NCBI RefSeq assembly: GCF_009834535.1
Contig: NC_045697.1
Location: forward strand, 55,058,001-55,122,000
DNA length: 64,000 nt
Direction of reading: 5' to 3'
Origin: Camelus ferus
Lineage: Eukaryota
The position numbers and the translations under genes were made by a program. Shown piece after piece: positions 24,788 to 38,462 of the stretch. The number at the start of each line of letters is the position of its first letter. The first letter of the stretch is position 1. The notes beneath the pieces are model-generated. The model was not told the origin of the DNA. It ran no database searches and saw only the letters and a list, made by a program, of their open reading frames with translations.

Positions 24788-27686
24788 TTTTACCTTAATT
24801 GAAGTATAGTTGATTTACAATATTATATGATTTTCAGGTATACACATTATGATTCAATATTTTTGTAGATTATGCTCCATTTAAAGTTGTTACAAACTAA
24901 TGGCTGTATTTCCTTGTGCTTTACAATATATCCTTGTTGCTTATTTATTTACATAGTATTTTCTATCTCTTAATCCCCTCCTCCTTTCCTGCCCTGCACC
25001 CTTCCCTCCACCCATTGTAACCACTGGTTTGTTCTCTGTATCTGTGAATCTGTTTCTATTTTGTTATATTAATTCATTTATTTTGTTTTATTTTTTAAAT
25101 TCTACACAAAAGTGATAACATAGAGTATTTGTTTTTCTGTCTGATTTATTTCACTAAGCATAATACCAGTCTAGGTCTATCCATGTTGTTGCAAAAGCAG
25201 AATTTCATTCTTTTTTGTGACTGAATATATTCCAGTGTGTATATATATATACACACCATTTCTTCTTTCTCCATTCATCATTGATGGACACATAAGTTGC
25301 TTGCATATCTTTGATGACTTACATCGCTATTATAAATAATGCTGCTATGAATATTGGTGTGCATGAACCTTTTCAAATTACTGTTTTTGTTTTATCACAT
25401 GGTAGTTTTATTTTTACTTTTTTTTAGAAACACCCATGCTGTTTTCCACAGTGGAATTCCATCAATTTACATTCTCACCGACAGTGAACGATGGTTCCCA
25501 TTTCACAAATTTTTGGCCAACATTTGTTATTTTTGCTCTTTTTGCTGAGAGCCATTCTGAAAGGGGTGAGATGATATCTCATTGTGGTTATAATTTGCAT
25601 TTCTCTAATAATTAGCAGTATTGAGAATCTTTTTATATGCCTGTTGGCCATCTGTATATCTTCTTCAGAAAAATTTCTATTCAGGTTTTCTGGTCATTTT
25701 CTAATTGGGCTGTTTTTTTTTTTTTTTTTTTTTTGATATTGAGTTGTATGAGCTCTTTATATCTTTTAGATATTTAGCCCTTATTAGTCATATCATTTTC
25801 AAATCTTCTCCCATTCAGTAGGCTTGTCTTCATTTTGTCAGTGGCTTCCTTTGCTGTGCAAAAACTTTTAAGTTTAATTAGGTTTCATTTGTTTATTTAT
25901 TATTATTCATTTGTTTTTACTTTTGTTTCTTTTGCCTTAAGAGACAGATACAAAGGAATATTACTACAGTTTATGTCAAAGAGTGTTCTGCCTGTGTTCT
26001 CTTCTAGGTGTTTTGTGGCTTTAAGTCTTACATTTAATTCATTTTGAGTTTATTTTTGTATGTGGTGTGAGGAAATGGTCTAATCTTATTCTCTTATATG
26101 TAGCTGTCCAGTATCCCCAGCACCACTTATTGAAGAGACTGTCATTTCTCCATTGTATATTTTTCCTTCCTTTGTCATAGATTAATTAACCATAAGTGTT
26201 TATTTCTGCATTGTCTATTATGTTTTGTTGATTTCTGTGTCTATTTTTGTGACAATACCATGCTGTTGTTATTACTATAGCTTTGTAGTATAGTCTAAAG
26301 TCAGGAAGCATGATACCTCTAGCTTTGATCTTTTTTCTAAAGATTGTGTTGGCAATTTGGAGTCTTTTTTGATTCCATATAAATTTTAGGATTATTTGTC
26401 CTAGTTCTGTGAAAAAATGTCATGGGTATTTTAATAGGGATTGCATTAAATCTGTAGATTGCTTTGGGAAGTTTGGACATTTTAATATTAATTCTTCCAA
26501 TCTAAGAGCACAGGATATCTTTCCATTTCTTTGTATCATCTTTAATTTCCTTTATTAATATTTTATAGTTTTCAGAGAGTAGGTCTTTCAGTTTTGGTTA
26601 AGTTTATTCCAAGGTATTTTATTCTTTTTGATGCAATTTTAAACATAATTAAAAATTTGTTTCTCTTTCTGATAGTTCATTATTATATAGAAAAAACAAA
26701 CTTCTATATATTAATCTTGTCTTCTACAACTTTACTGAACTCATTTATTAGTTTATTATTACAGTTTTTGGTGGACACTTTAGGGTTTTCTATATATACT
26801 ATTGTGTTATCTGCAAGTAGTGAAAGTTTTGTTTATTCCCTTCCAACTTGGATGCCTCTTATTTCTTTATCTTGTCTGATTGTTGTGGCTGGAACTTCCA
26901 ATTGGATGTTAAATAAACATGGTGATAACGGGCATCTTTATCTTGTTCCTGATTTTAGAGAAAAGAGACATTGGCTTTTCACTGTTGACTATGATGTTAG
27001 CTGTGGTTGACAAGAAAGCAGGGGTAGCAAGACTCATATCTAAAGAAGTAGACTATAAAACAAAGTATATAACAAAATACAGAGAAGGGCATTACATAAT
27101 GATAAATGTATCAATACAAAAAGAGAATATAACACTTGTTAACATATAGGCACCTAATTAGGAGCACCTAAATGTATAAAGCAAATGTTATCAGACATGA
27201 AGGGAGAAATTGATGATAATGCAAATAATAATAGGGGGCTTTAACACTCTACTTACATCAATGGACAGATTATCCAGATAGAAAAACAAAACAAAAACAG
27301 TGATCATAAGTGACACAGCAGACCAGTTGAACTTAGTAGATATCTACGGGACATTCCATCTCAAAACATACACATTCTTTTCAAGTGAACATGGAACATT
27401 CTCCAGGACATATCATATGCTAGACCACTTAACAAGTCTCACTTCCCAGGGAGGATCTCCCTCCACTTGTGTCCCCTGTCAGGGACACAGGTCCCAACCT
27501 GATTGCTTCTCTACCCTTCCCTCCCAATTCTGTATGGATCCTTCTTACAACCTTGGTTGTGTGAGAGTCTTTCTGCCAGTCTCCAGTTTCCAGTGAGAAT
27601 TGTTCCATGTGTAGATGTATTTTTGATTTGTTTATTGGGAGAGGTGAGTTCCATGTCCTCCTACTCCCTGTCTTGATCTGAATCTT
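24788..27686 (-). mobile_element. Rearranged LINE-1: 3' half (-) 24788-27007, inverted endonuclease segment (+) 27008-27440, 5'UTR terminus (-) 27441-27686
   Basis: Antisense 3'UTR and ORF2 up to the PTANII region; then + strand KKAGVARLISKEVDYKTK...EGHYIMI...YTFFSSEHGTFSR; then the reverse complement of an L1 5' start (gatcaagacagggagtaggaggacatggaactcacctc...catctacacatggaacaattctcactgg). Confidence 0.9.
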
Positions 27687-27711
27687 CTGGTTCTTTCATT
27701 TTAAATATGAA

Positions 27712-27945
27712 ATAGTATGCCTTAGTGTTTAGAGCTTTAGTGCTATAGCTGTACGACCTGGGTTAGGACATAAGGCTTACCAATTTCTAGTGATATAGAT
27801 TGAACAAGTTTACCTGGTTGAACCTCAGTCTCTCCATTTTATAAAAAGGGGATCATAATATACTTTGCAGATTAAAAAATATTTAATGTAAAATACTTAG
27901 GACAATGCCTATTATGTAGTTATTACTCAGTATTAACTGTTATTA
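27712..27945 (+). mobile_element. MIR SINE
   Basis: gaacctcagtctctccattttataaaaaggggatcataata...aatgtaaaatacttaggacaatgcct. Confidence 0.75.
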
Positions 27946-28464
27946 ATTATACACCTATCTCAGTAAAAATCGTATCTTAAAGTAATAAAGCTGGTTACTA
28001 ACATAAGTATTTGAAACCATTGTGACTTTATCATACTATACTTTTTCTCATTAGCACTATATAAAGATACATTTTAAAATTTGATTTATGTTGGTAACTT
28101 AAATTGAGGCTAAGAATCAGCCGAGAACAAGGGAGATGGTATAATGTTTGGTTTCTAAGGTCTTCCTGAAAAAGTGGAAGATAAGTGTAGAAAGCCTAAT
28201 ATGTCAATGAAAGTAATAGTTAGGCTCAAGTACCTACTGTTAACTTATTAGAAAGTATAATTTTTGAAAGTTGTCATTCAGGCATTCCCTGTGTGAACAT
28301 TCAGGATGACTGGACATCATGTTTGAAAAACTCTAGTGAATATCTTAATAGTGATTCATTATTATAGAAAAATATCTGTAGAAAATGAATTTCTTAAAAA
28401 ATTTTTGTGTTAGAGGACTTTTGATGAAATATAAACAAGAGGGGCAAAATAAAAAGCCTATTTT

Positions 28465-31128
28465 ATTCACCAGGATAGACCACCATCTGGACCATAAAAT
28501 ACATCTTAACAAATTTTAAAAGAACAGAAATCATACTATTTCTCTCATAGGCCACAATGGAATTCAACTGAAAATCAGTAATAAAACAAAAACAAAATGG
28601 GGAAATCTCAAAACACATGGAGATTAAACAACACATTTCTAAATAACATCTGCATTAAAGAAGAAAAATCAAGAGAAATTTTAAAATATTTGAACTAAAT
28701 AAAAATGAAAACACATCAAAGTTTGTGTGAAGTGAAAGTAATGCTTAGAGGAAAATTTATAGCATTCAGTGTATATATTAGAAATTAAAAAAAATCTAAA
28801 ATCAATAATCTAATTTTCTACCTTAGGAAACTAGAAAAAAAAGGGGCTAATTAAATCCACAAGCAGAAGATAAGAAATAAGAATTAGTGCAGAAATCAAT
28901 AAAATTGAAAACAGAAAATCAATAAAGAAAATAATGAAATCAAAAGCTGGTGCTTTTAAAAGACCAATAAAATTGATAAGCCTCTAACCAGGCTAACAAG
29001 AAAAAAAAAGAAATAGAATACAAATTGCTAATCAGAAATAAAAAAGGGACATCACTACAGAGCCCGTGAACATTAAATGAGTGATAAAAGAATACTATGA
29101 ACAAATCAATGCCCACAGATTTTATAACCTAGATAAAATGAACCAAGTTTTTGAAAGACACATTGTGCTAAAACTAACACATGAAGAAATAAGAGAATAT
29201 AAATAGGCCTATGTCTATTAAGCAATTTAATTGATAATTAATAACCTTCTAAAACAGAAAACAGTAGGGCCAGATGGGTTCACTGGTGAGTTCTACCAAA
29301 CATTTAAGGGAGAAATTATACCAATTCTCTAAAATCTCTTTCAACTCAAAGAAGCAAAAATAATACTTTTTAAACTCATCCTATGAGTCCTGTATTACCC
29401 TAACACCAAAACCAGGCAAAGACATTTCAAGAAAAGAAAACTACAGACTTATAACTCTCATGAACAGAGATGAAAAATCTGTAACAAAATATTAGCAAAT
29501 TGAATCTAGCAATTTTATAAGATGAATTATATACCACAACCAAGTGAGATTTATCCCACATATGCAAGGCTTGTTCAACATTTGAAAATCAGTTAATATA
29601 ACCAATCACATCAACAGACTTAAAAAAATGATCACATTGATAGGGAAAAAGAATTTGACAAAATCCAACAGCCATTCATCATAAAACACTTAGTAAACTA
29701 GGAATAGTGGGAAACTTTCACAACTTGATACAGAATACCTACCAAAACGGTAACAAGAACAACCTACTTAATGGTGAAAATCTAACCTACAATGGTGAAA
29801 AGTTTACAGTTTTCTCACTAATAACAGGAATAAGACAGCAATGTCCCCTCTGACCACTCCTTTTCAATATCAAACTGAAATTCCTACTTAATACCATAGA
29901 AAAAGAAAAGGAAATAAAACATATACAGACTGGGAAGGAAGAAATAAAACTCTTTTTGTTCACACATGGCATAATTGTCCATGTAGAAATCAGAAATACT
30001 CAACAACAACCAAAAACTCCTGAAACTAACATGTGATTATAGCAAGGCTGCAGGATAAAGATTAATATACAGAAGCCAGTTACTTTCCTGTATACCAGTA
30101 ATGATCAAGTGGAATTTGAAATTAAAAGTACACTACCATTGACATTAGCACCCCCCAAAATGAAATAACTTAGGTTATCAATCTAACAAAATAGGTACAA
30201 GATATATTTGAGAAAAAAGGAAAAAAACTCAAAAGAAACTAAAGAAGAACTAAACAAATGGAGAAATATTCCACGATCATGGATAGGAAGACTAAATACT
30301 GTCAAGAAGTTAGTTTTTCCCATCTTTATCTGTAGATTCAATGCATTCAAATCAAAATCCCAGCCAACTGTTTTGTGGATGTAGATGAACTGAATCTAAA
30401 GTTTATATGGAGAAACAAAAGATTCATAATAGCCCACAGAATATTGAAGGAAAAGAACAAAGTTGGAAGACTGACACTACCTAACTTGAAGACTTTCTAT
30501 AAAGCTACAGAAATCAAGATAGTGTGGTATTGCTCCAAGAATGGAATGGATATTTACAGCAGCTTCATTCATAATTGCTAAAACTTAGAAGTTACTAAGA
30601 TGTCCTTGGAAGTACCTAAGATATAGCTATTAAGCCAGGAAAATACTTGGAAGAAACTAAAGTGCATATTATTAAGTGAAAGAAGCCAATTTGAAAAGGC
30701 TACATACTGTATGACTCCAACTACATTACATCCTGGAAAGGACAAAACTATGGAGACAGTAATAAGGTAAGTAGCTGCCAAGAGTTAGATAGGGGTGGAG
30801 AAACGAATACATGCAGCATGGAGGATTTTTAGGGCACTGAAAACACTGTATGATGTAATAATGGATACATGTCATTGTTTGTCCAAACCCACAGACTGTA
30901 CGACAATAAAAGTGAAATCTAATGCAAACTATGGAGTTTGGCTGATTATGAGAAATCACTTGTAGGTTCATCAGTTGACACAAATGTACCACTATGGTGA
31001 GGGATATTAATAATAGGGGAGCTATGCATATGTAGGGGTGGTGGATTTACGGTAAACCTCTCTACCTTTCTCTTGATTTTGCTGTGAAGCTAAAACTGCT
31101 CTGAAAAAATGAAATCTTGTTTAAAATA
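28465..31128 (+). mobile_element. Old LINE-1 (L1MC1-like): ORF2 remnant and 3'UTR, with an internal deletion near 30535
   Basis: ggccagatgggttcactggtgagttctaccaaacattt ([12 protein letters not shown]), LKEKNKVGRLTLPNLKTFYKATEIKIVWY; 3'UTR tgtccaaacccacagactgtac...gctgtgaagctaaaactgctct. Confidence 0.9.
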
Positions 31129-32827
31129 ATAACAGGTACAAAGTAAGAAAAGGAAAAACGAGTGGGCTGATTCGTTCTATATCCCCCCCCCCCATGAAAC
31201 TGAGATAGTTTACCCAAGAGAAAAACTCCTCAGAAACTTTGATGTCTGCAAAAAGTAATGCAGGGAGAACTTTTTGATTCATATTTTGTTCTTATAGTAA
31301 AATCCGAAATCCTTTAGTTTAAAAACTTTTCTTTCCGTCAACACTTTTTCTTTTCTTTATTTTCCTTGAAATCAAATATATTTTACTGAAGCTGATTTTC
31401 ACACATAGAGTTTATGGTCATTATTAAATTTATAGTAAAGCAATAGCATACACAAGACAGCATGTATATTATCATCAGTGTCAGAAATATGATCTCTTAG
31501 GAAGAGTAAGGCCAGGGAGATGTAGAGATCAATAATTTTGACAAAATTAAAATTAACCTTGTGTATTTAGGTGGTTTTGGTTGGATTTTTTGGAAGCAAA
31601 AATTTGTAATGACTGTAAGTATAAGCGTTATGTTTAGAGTTAAAAACTCCATAAAACAACAATAGGGAATAGGTATATAAATACATGAGAATTCATGTCT
31701 CAGTTTAGTGTGTATATTTAGTCAAAACACTGAGAAATTAAAGCTGCCTAAGGGACGACATGTTAGTTGACTTTTGTATAGTTGATTGGAAATTTCATAT
31801 TGCATTAATAAACTGTTGTGTGGTGATTGATCAAAATGGCCATGCTGTGAAGTGATTTAACTGTTCAGAAAGCAAAAATAATCAGGTCTTTTATTCTGCC
31901 ATGGTACAGCTTATTGTGCTTATCTAGACAAACTTAACCATCACTTTCTGTAGCTTAACTATAAACACTATTAATTGTAAATTACCATTTAAGTACTGTA
32001 TACAGGGTTATGTAAAATGAATCATATATTGTTTATTCCCTAGATTTCATAGTGTTCATGTCAATTTTATTTTGATGGTAAGTATCATGGTAACAGTAGT
32101 CAAATCTTTTTTTTTTAACTAAGTTAAATTTTTCCTTATGTAATTTAATGGGTATCAATTATTTTTGCTTGATTTATTCTGTACTTGAGAAAAATGAAAA
32201 ATAAAGTTCTGAGTTAATATTCAAATATTTTTCATAGTATTAATTTGTTGAATTTTCTAAGGAAAAAAAAGTCACAGGGATTCCTTTTTAGAAATTCTTT
32301 CAGAGAAACAGCATGTTTTAGTATTCAAGCAAGTAAACTGGGAAGGAAGCTGGTCTTAAGCTTCCTTGGGATGAAGCCCTGTCCCATCCCTTTTTTCCAC
32401 TGTGACACTTTGCAATTTCTTTGGCCTTCCTCTCTTCCTCTGAGTCTTCTAATTCAATGGGCTAGTGGTAGTGTTTATCTTACAGAGATTTTTTGACTCT
32501 TTGGTGAAAGAGGATATGGAGCATTTAGCACAAATTCTGACAGATATCAAATGCTCCATTAATTCTTATTTTTAAAAAGTGATTATTTTCTTATTACATT
32601 TATTGAGATTTTTAGTTAGCAAGGTGGTGGGCACCAACTAACCTACAAGGCTACTTGCTGTCTCCTTTCTGATCTCATTTTGCTTCTTCAATTAGAGCGC
32701 AACCCTGGCTTCTTGCCTACTGTCTTGTCTGTTGTTCACAGTGATTCTGCTTCTCCACTGTGGCCACACAACTCTGGATGCTTCAGTGAAGGCACTATCT
32801 GCTTTATCCAGATATGGGTGATAACTG

Positions 32828-32913
32828 CTCTCTTTTCTTTTCTCTCCTTCACCGCCTTCCCTTTTCTCCTCTCCTCTTCTTCCTCCTCCCTATTCCTCTT
32901 CTTTCTATTTTTT
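32828..32913. repeat. Polypyrimidine low-complexity tract
   Basis: CT-rich run followed by T and G runs. Confidence 0.8.
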
Positions 32914-32959
32914 TGGGGGGGGGAACTATAATAATATATATGGTATGAAGAATGATTTA

Positions 32960-33540
32960 AAAGCAAATCACTAGTGAAATCCAAGCCAATAAATAGAACA
33001 TTGCTAGTGGCCCAGATGACTTTTTCCCTGATCACAACCTCTTCCCTTTTCCAGAAATAATGACTATATTTTTCTGATAATTATCTTGATTTTCTTTGTA
33101 GTTTTACTCTCTACATATGAATCCCTCAACAATATACTTATTTCATCTGTTCTCACACTTTATGTATGTATGTAGAATTATCCTGAAATACTCTTTTGTG
33201 TCTTACTTCTTTTGTTCACTATTAAGTTTTGAGATTCATTTGTATTGTTGTTGGTGTATTCTATTTTATTAAACGTATACCACCTTTTATTTGCCTTTTT
33301 TATTGTTAGTCTACTGCACCTTTGCAAGAATTTCTCTGGGATATATATTTAGCAGTGGGACTATTGGGTTATAAGGTTGGCGCATTTTTGACTTTAATCA
33401 ATAATGCCAAACCTTGACAAGATGGTTGTTAACAATCTACATTTCCACTATTAAGGTATAGAGATTCCTCAGTGCTCCACATACTGACTAATATTTAGTG
33501 TTGTTAAATTTTAACTTTTGCAAGCCTTATGTGTGTGTAC
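32960..33540 (-). mobile_element. Ancient L1 (L1ME-like) 3' fragment
   Basis: tagaacattgctagtggcccag, tttgagattcatt, tttctctgggatatatatttagcagtgggactattgggt, aatctacatttccac. Confidence 0.65.
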
Positions 33541-34411
33541 TTGCATAAGCTGCTTTTTTTCAAATAATAGATTTAAGGCTGCATAAGGGATCAACTATGC
33601 AAATGTATTCTATCTTTGATAGCTTTCTCAATTTTTGAATATAATAGAGAACTAAGTCATAAAATAAATGTCATTGTTTCCTAAAATAGTGAAAAGAAGA
33701 AGGACAGAACTGAGAATTTATTTTAAAAAACCTTGGCAAAACCAGTTAATCAATAAAATAGAAGTGACTAAATATTAGTCCAGTCTTGAAAAAATTTAAT
33801 ATTTTTATTTCATTTATAACCTGCAGTTATATTTGGCTTTGGGTATAATCTTAGATTTTCTGTTTACTCTTTCTGTCTCTTCCTGGCCACACTTTGATGG
33901 TCCCCATCTCTTTCACCACTATTATTCTGGTCCATCTCTGGATATCTTTGCTATTTTTCAGATTATATGTGATCACTGTTCTAGGGTCAGACATTCTGAA
34001 TGTTAACTTACCCATTCTCTCAACTACCTTGAGCTCAGGTTTTATCTACCTCCAAACCCAACTCCAAATGCTAACCCATCTGTTAATTTCTTTCACTCTG
34101 CTCTTTGAATGTTCAATTCTATGGTGAATCACTCCTTCACATCCTCCTATCACTTCAACTTCTCTTAAATCATTGGAAGAAAACTTTATTCCCCTCCCAA
34201 AAGAACCATTCTTTTCCCCTGATTTTCTCAACACATATATCCAGTAAGGGATCTGATAAAATAATTTACTGCTACTATTTCATGATCATATATTTATTCA
34301 CTATATCACTAAACAACACCTTCTTTCCTAAATACTTTGTTTCCTCTTCCTCAACACAGTTATCCCTAACTCTAGAATAACTTATTCCTTCTATTGTATC
34401 TGGCCTACAGT

Positions 34412-34502
34412 CTTCTTCTTCTTTTTTTTTTTTTTTTTGGATTGAACCCAGGACCTCATGCATACTAACCACACACTCTACCACTGAGCTATACCCTCCC
34501 CA
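34412..34502 (-). mobile_element. Camelid tRNA-derived SINE (Vic-1-like), head only plus poly(A)
   Basis: Reverse complement GGGAGGGTATAGCTCAGTGGTAGAGTGTGTGGTTAGTATGCATGAGGTCCTGGGTTCAATCC-A(n) with A and B boxes; flanking direct repeat ctacagt at 34405 and 34503. Confidence 0.9.
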
Positions 34503-35574
34503 CTACAGTTTTTTTTCTTAATAAAATTTAAAGAATGAGAATTGTGAAGTAGAGAAGACGACAGGAGGTAAAGTTAACAGAAGGTTTCAAAATACAGATC
34601 TGAAAAACAAACTTGTAATTTTTTCTTGTAAGGAAGAAGGAACTGAACATGAATAAAATACCTTGATGGTGCCACGTTAGAGTGTATGACTGTGTCCTGG
34701 TATGTGCTAGTGCAAAGCTTTCATGAATTGAGAAATTGCCTGCCATGTGCAAGCAAGTCTATTAATAAATCATAACAAAGCTTTTATTTTCAACTTCCAA
34801 GATATACAACTCAGTGAATACTGAAACCAAGAGTCAACTATTACTGTTCTCTCCTGATTCCTTGCTCTTATTCTAAGTGATTCATTATCCGTGTTAAAAT
34901 CCTACCACCTGACATCCTTAAGCAACCTCAACATGTGGGTCTTCACCTCTTCTCCATATCAGGCACCTGCAACAACGGCCACCTCAAGTGGATCTCAGTG
35001 TCACTTGGGATCACTGCTTATATTATAGTTTATATCTTTTCTCTTTAATCACAAACTTGTATTCCTCTGTCTCTTCCACTACCTATTTCTGTTCAAAGTG
35101 CTCCTTCCATCATAATCTACTTTGTGTTGCTGTTATATTGTTTTCAGTTAATTTTCTTCTTTCTGATCTTTTCTGATTCTTTTATCCTCCTGTTCCCCAA
35201 ACATTTGGCCTTCTTAACTTTCTGATATACCTTATTTGCTCCAAATTTGAGAACACTATTTGCTTTATCAAGTCCAATACTTGGTAGATGGTGATAAATG
35301 TAGACCAACCCAGTGTTTATCTCTGGGTGGACTCTCATTGCTGCTCAACATTTCATTTGATAATATCTTATTGCCACTCTATTTGATGTTTACTTTTCTG
35401 AGAACTTTTTATAACATAATTTCTCAGCTAATTTTGGTTTCTCACAGAGATTAGAGCTTAGCCCTAGAATCAATTCTCCTTAAATTAGGTAGGATCCGAG
35501 AGACAGCTTAGCTCTAGGGAGCTGGGACTGAATGGTGTATTTTACTCCTTTTATTTCCTCAGATTTTTCTTTAT

Positions 35575-35647
35575 TTTTTTAAACTTTTATTTTTATTGAA
35601 GTATAGTCATTTTACAATGTTGTGTCAATTTCTGGTGTATAACATAA
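35575..35647 (-). mobile_element. Minimal 73-bp L1 3' terminus with target-site duplication
   Basis: T-rich tail plus attgaagtatagtcattttacaatgttgtgtcaatttctggtg; TSD cctcagatttttctttat (35557-74) and cctcagacatttctttat (35648-65). Confidence 0.85.
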
Positions 35648-36009
35648 CCTCAGACATTTCTTTATGCTCTTTGCATTTTTAAATAACCTTTTCCCCCTTC
35701 ATCAAAAGCACATCTTCTTCCCCCTCACCCCCTAATGCAAGTGTTATGCAAAGTTCTTTTTTTCCTCTCATTATGAAGTTGTCACATTTTCATCCACTAA
35801 CACTATCTCAAGTTTCTTCTCTATGAGAATAACTCCAACTATGTGTCCTTATAATTAACCACCTTCCAAAAATCTAGATTTATACTTTATATTGCTACTA
35901 TGATATCTCTACAAGGACACACTAGATATGTAAAAAATAAGGCTCACCTTTTTTTAATTAACCATGCACTCATCCTGAATTCATCCCAATGTCTACCTGC
36001 TCCTTGTTC

Positions 36010-36836
36010 TTTTTTTTTTGAGGTATAGTTTATGTACAATATTGTTTAAGTTACAGGTGTACAACAGTGATTAACAATTTTAAAGGTTATACTCCATTTA
36101 TAGTTATTATAAAATATTGACTATATACTTACAATATATCTTCATAGTTTACTTATTTTCTACATAACAGTTTCTATCTATATCTCCTACCCCTGTCTTG
36201 CTTCTCTCCCTTCCATCTCCTCACTAGTAACCACTAGTTTGTTCTCTGTATCTATGAGTCTGTTTCTTTTTGTTATATTCACTAGTTTGATTTATTTCTT
36301 ATATTCTACATATATGTGATATCATTCAGTACTTGGCTTTTCTGATTTATTTCACTTAGCTTAATACTGTCCAAGTCCATCCATGTTGCTACAAATGGCA
36401 ACATTTTATTCTTTTTTATGGCTTAGTTGTATTCCATTGTATATATATACACCATATCTTCATTATACATTCATCTGTCAATAGACACTTAGGCTCCTTC
36501 CATATCTTGGCAATTGTAAATAATGCTGCTGTGAACATTGCAGTGTATGTATATTTTTGAATTAGTGTTTTTATTGTTTTTGTGAATATAAACCAAGGAA
36601 TGGAATTGTTGAGTCATATAGTAGTTCTATTTTTAGTTTTTGAGAACCCCCCATACTGTTTTCCACAGTGGCTGCACCAATTTACAGTCACACCAACAGT
36701 GTAGGATGGTTCCCGTTTTTCTACATCCTCACCAACGTTTATTTGTAGTCTTTTTTATGATAGCCATTCTGACAGATGTGAGGTGATACATCATTGTGGT
36801 TTTTAATTTGCATTTCTCTGATGATTAATGATGTTG
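36010..36836 (-). mobile_element. LINE-1 3' end, 5'-truncated
   Basis: T tail, antisense 3'UTR and ORF2 C-terminus (ccatactgttttccacagtggctgcaccaatttaca...gccattctgacagatgtgaggtgata); degenerate TSD cctgctccttgtt / cctgcttgttgtt. Confidence 0.93.
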
Positions 36837-38289
36837 CCTGCTTGTTGTTATTAATAGCACCATTATCTAAAGAAACCAAGAGCTGTCCTATCAAAATTGC
36901 TGTTAACTTTCCCTCTGTGTCTAATAACCTCCCTTATAATATCTAACAAATAAAAAGTCCTGTTGATTATTCCTTTTGTAAGATGCTTTCATAGGTGCAC
37001 TTTTTTCACCACTCAAACACACGCTCATACCTACCATTCTAATCTTTCATTTCTTCTGATGTCTCTATGACTCATCCCTGACCACTTCCCACCTGGATTG
37101 TTGGCAACAGTAATCTCATTTTCCAACTGACCTATTAAGTGCCAGAATGAACAAATATGCATAGTTCTGTGAAAAAGACATAGTTCCAATAATCTCACTC
37201 TCATAAATAAACCTTTCTTGTTTTTACTAATATTTTTTTACCAACTCTATCTTTCACTATTCTGTTTTACTCACTTGTGCTTTCTTGTGGATTCCTCATT
37301 TCTCCTCATTCTGCATTTTCTGACATCGCTGTCTCCCTATCTTTTCCTATAAAAGTCCTCACTGTTATTCAAAGGTATCCCAAAACTTTTTTGATTGTGC
37401 ATTTCTTTAACACATGAAAAATTGAAATCAAATTCCCTATACCAATCAAAATGATTCTTCACTTCCTTTGAATTTCTTTGCCACTTAGCATCACTCATCT
37501 AGAAATTATTGTATTCTATATTACTGTGGATATTCATGCAGATTTTTCTCATTCCTATATATAATAGAAATATACATAGAAAAAGACAATTTCTAATTGA
37601 TTTTCATGTTTTGCCTATCATCCAATAAAGCATCTTTCATACTTGGAACAAATTAACTCATGTTTCCTAGTGATACTGACAAGTTTCACATAAACACACA
37701 AATTCCATAAAACAAAATATTTAGGCAATTTAATTAAAATGGACAATTTAGATAAGTAGTCATATATGCCAGTATTTTAGAATCATATCAAAAAGCAACC
37801 AGTTAATTGATGGAATGGTTTCACTCTTAACATTGATTTGACACTTTAAAGAGATAGAAAAGATAAGGAAAATAAAGACTCTATTCTGTTAAATTTGGAT
37901 TTTTTTGCTGCTATGGTGCTTTATACATGTAATGGTGACTTCAAGAAAACAGGCCACTTTTATTGTATTACGTGTAATGCTGTTTGAAAATAAACCAAAG
38001 TCCACATTTTTAAGTATCTTGGAAGCATGATTCTAATTTTGTTGCCAACATTCTGCTACCCCATTTGTCATCAGCATCTACCATTGTCTGTCATTCTAAT
38101 AGATATGAAACATGTCAGAAGCAGCTCTAATGGCAGCAATGAAATTGTCTAATTAGAAATGATTTTTGTTAAAGTGCATTTATTTGTCTGAGTCGGTGGT
38201 GGCATTTTATGTTGTGGGAATTTGAGGGATGCATTTTTTTTTTCATTTTTACAATCAAAATGTCATTTTATTTAAACTTTTTCTCTATG

Positions 38290-38462
38290 AATTACTAGTT
38301 GTGTAACATTGGATCAGGTAGTCATTTTCTTATGAGCCTTTCTTCATCTGTAAAATGAGGTTCTCATGTTTAACTGTTTGTAAGGATTAAATAGTTTCAC
38401 ACATGTGAAGTTTTTCAAGTGATTTTTGGCACGTAGCAAGCATTCACTGAGCAATAATAAAA
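38290..38462 (+). mobile_element. MIR SINE
   Basis: tcttcatctgtaaaatgagg...ttgtaaggattaaat...tggcacgtagcaagcattca. Confidence 0.8.

Larger units (their letters stand above)
34870..37650 (+). mobile_element. Long degenerate L2 remnant interrupted by two L1 insertions
   Basis: Pyrimidine-rich; aataactccaactatgtgtc...ccaaaaatctagatt...atatctctacaaggac, aatagcaccattatcta, aagtcctgttgattattcct, cacctggattgttggcaacag. Confidence 0.5.

Noticed and set aside
34439..34502. Possible tRNA gene
   Set aside because: No 3' acceptor stem; poly(A) and a flanking direct repeat mark it as a retroposed SINE
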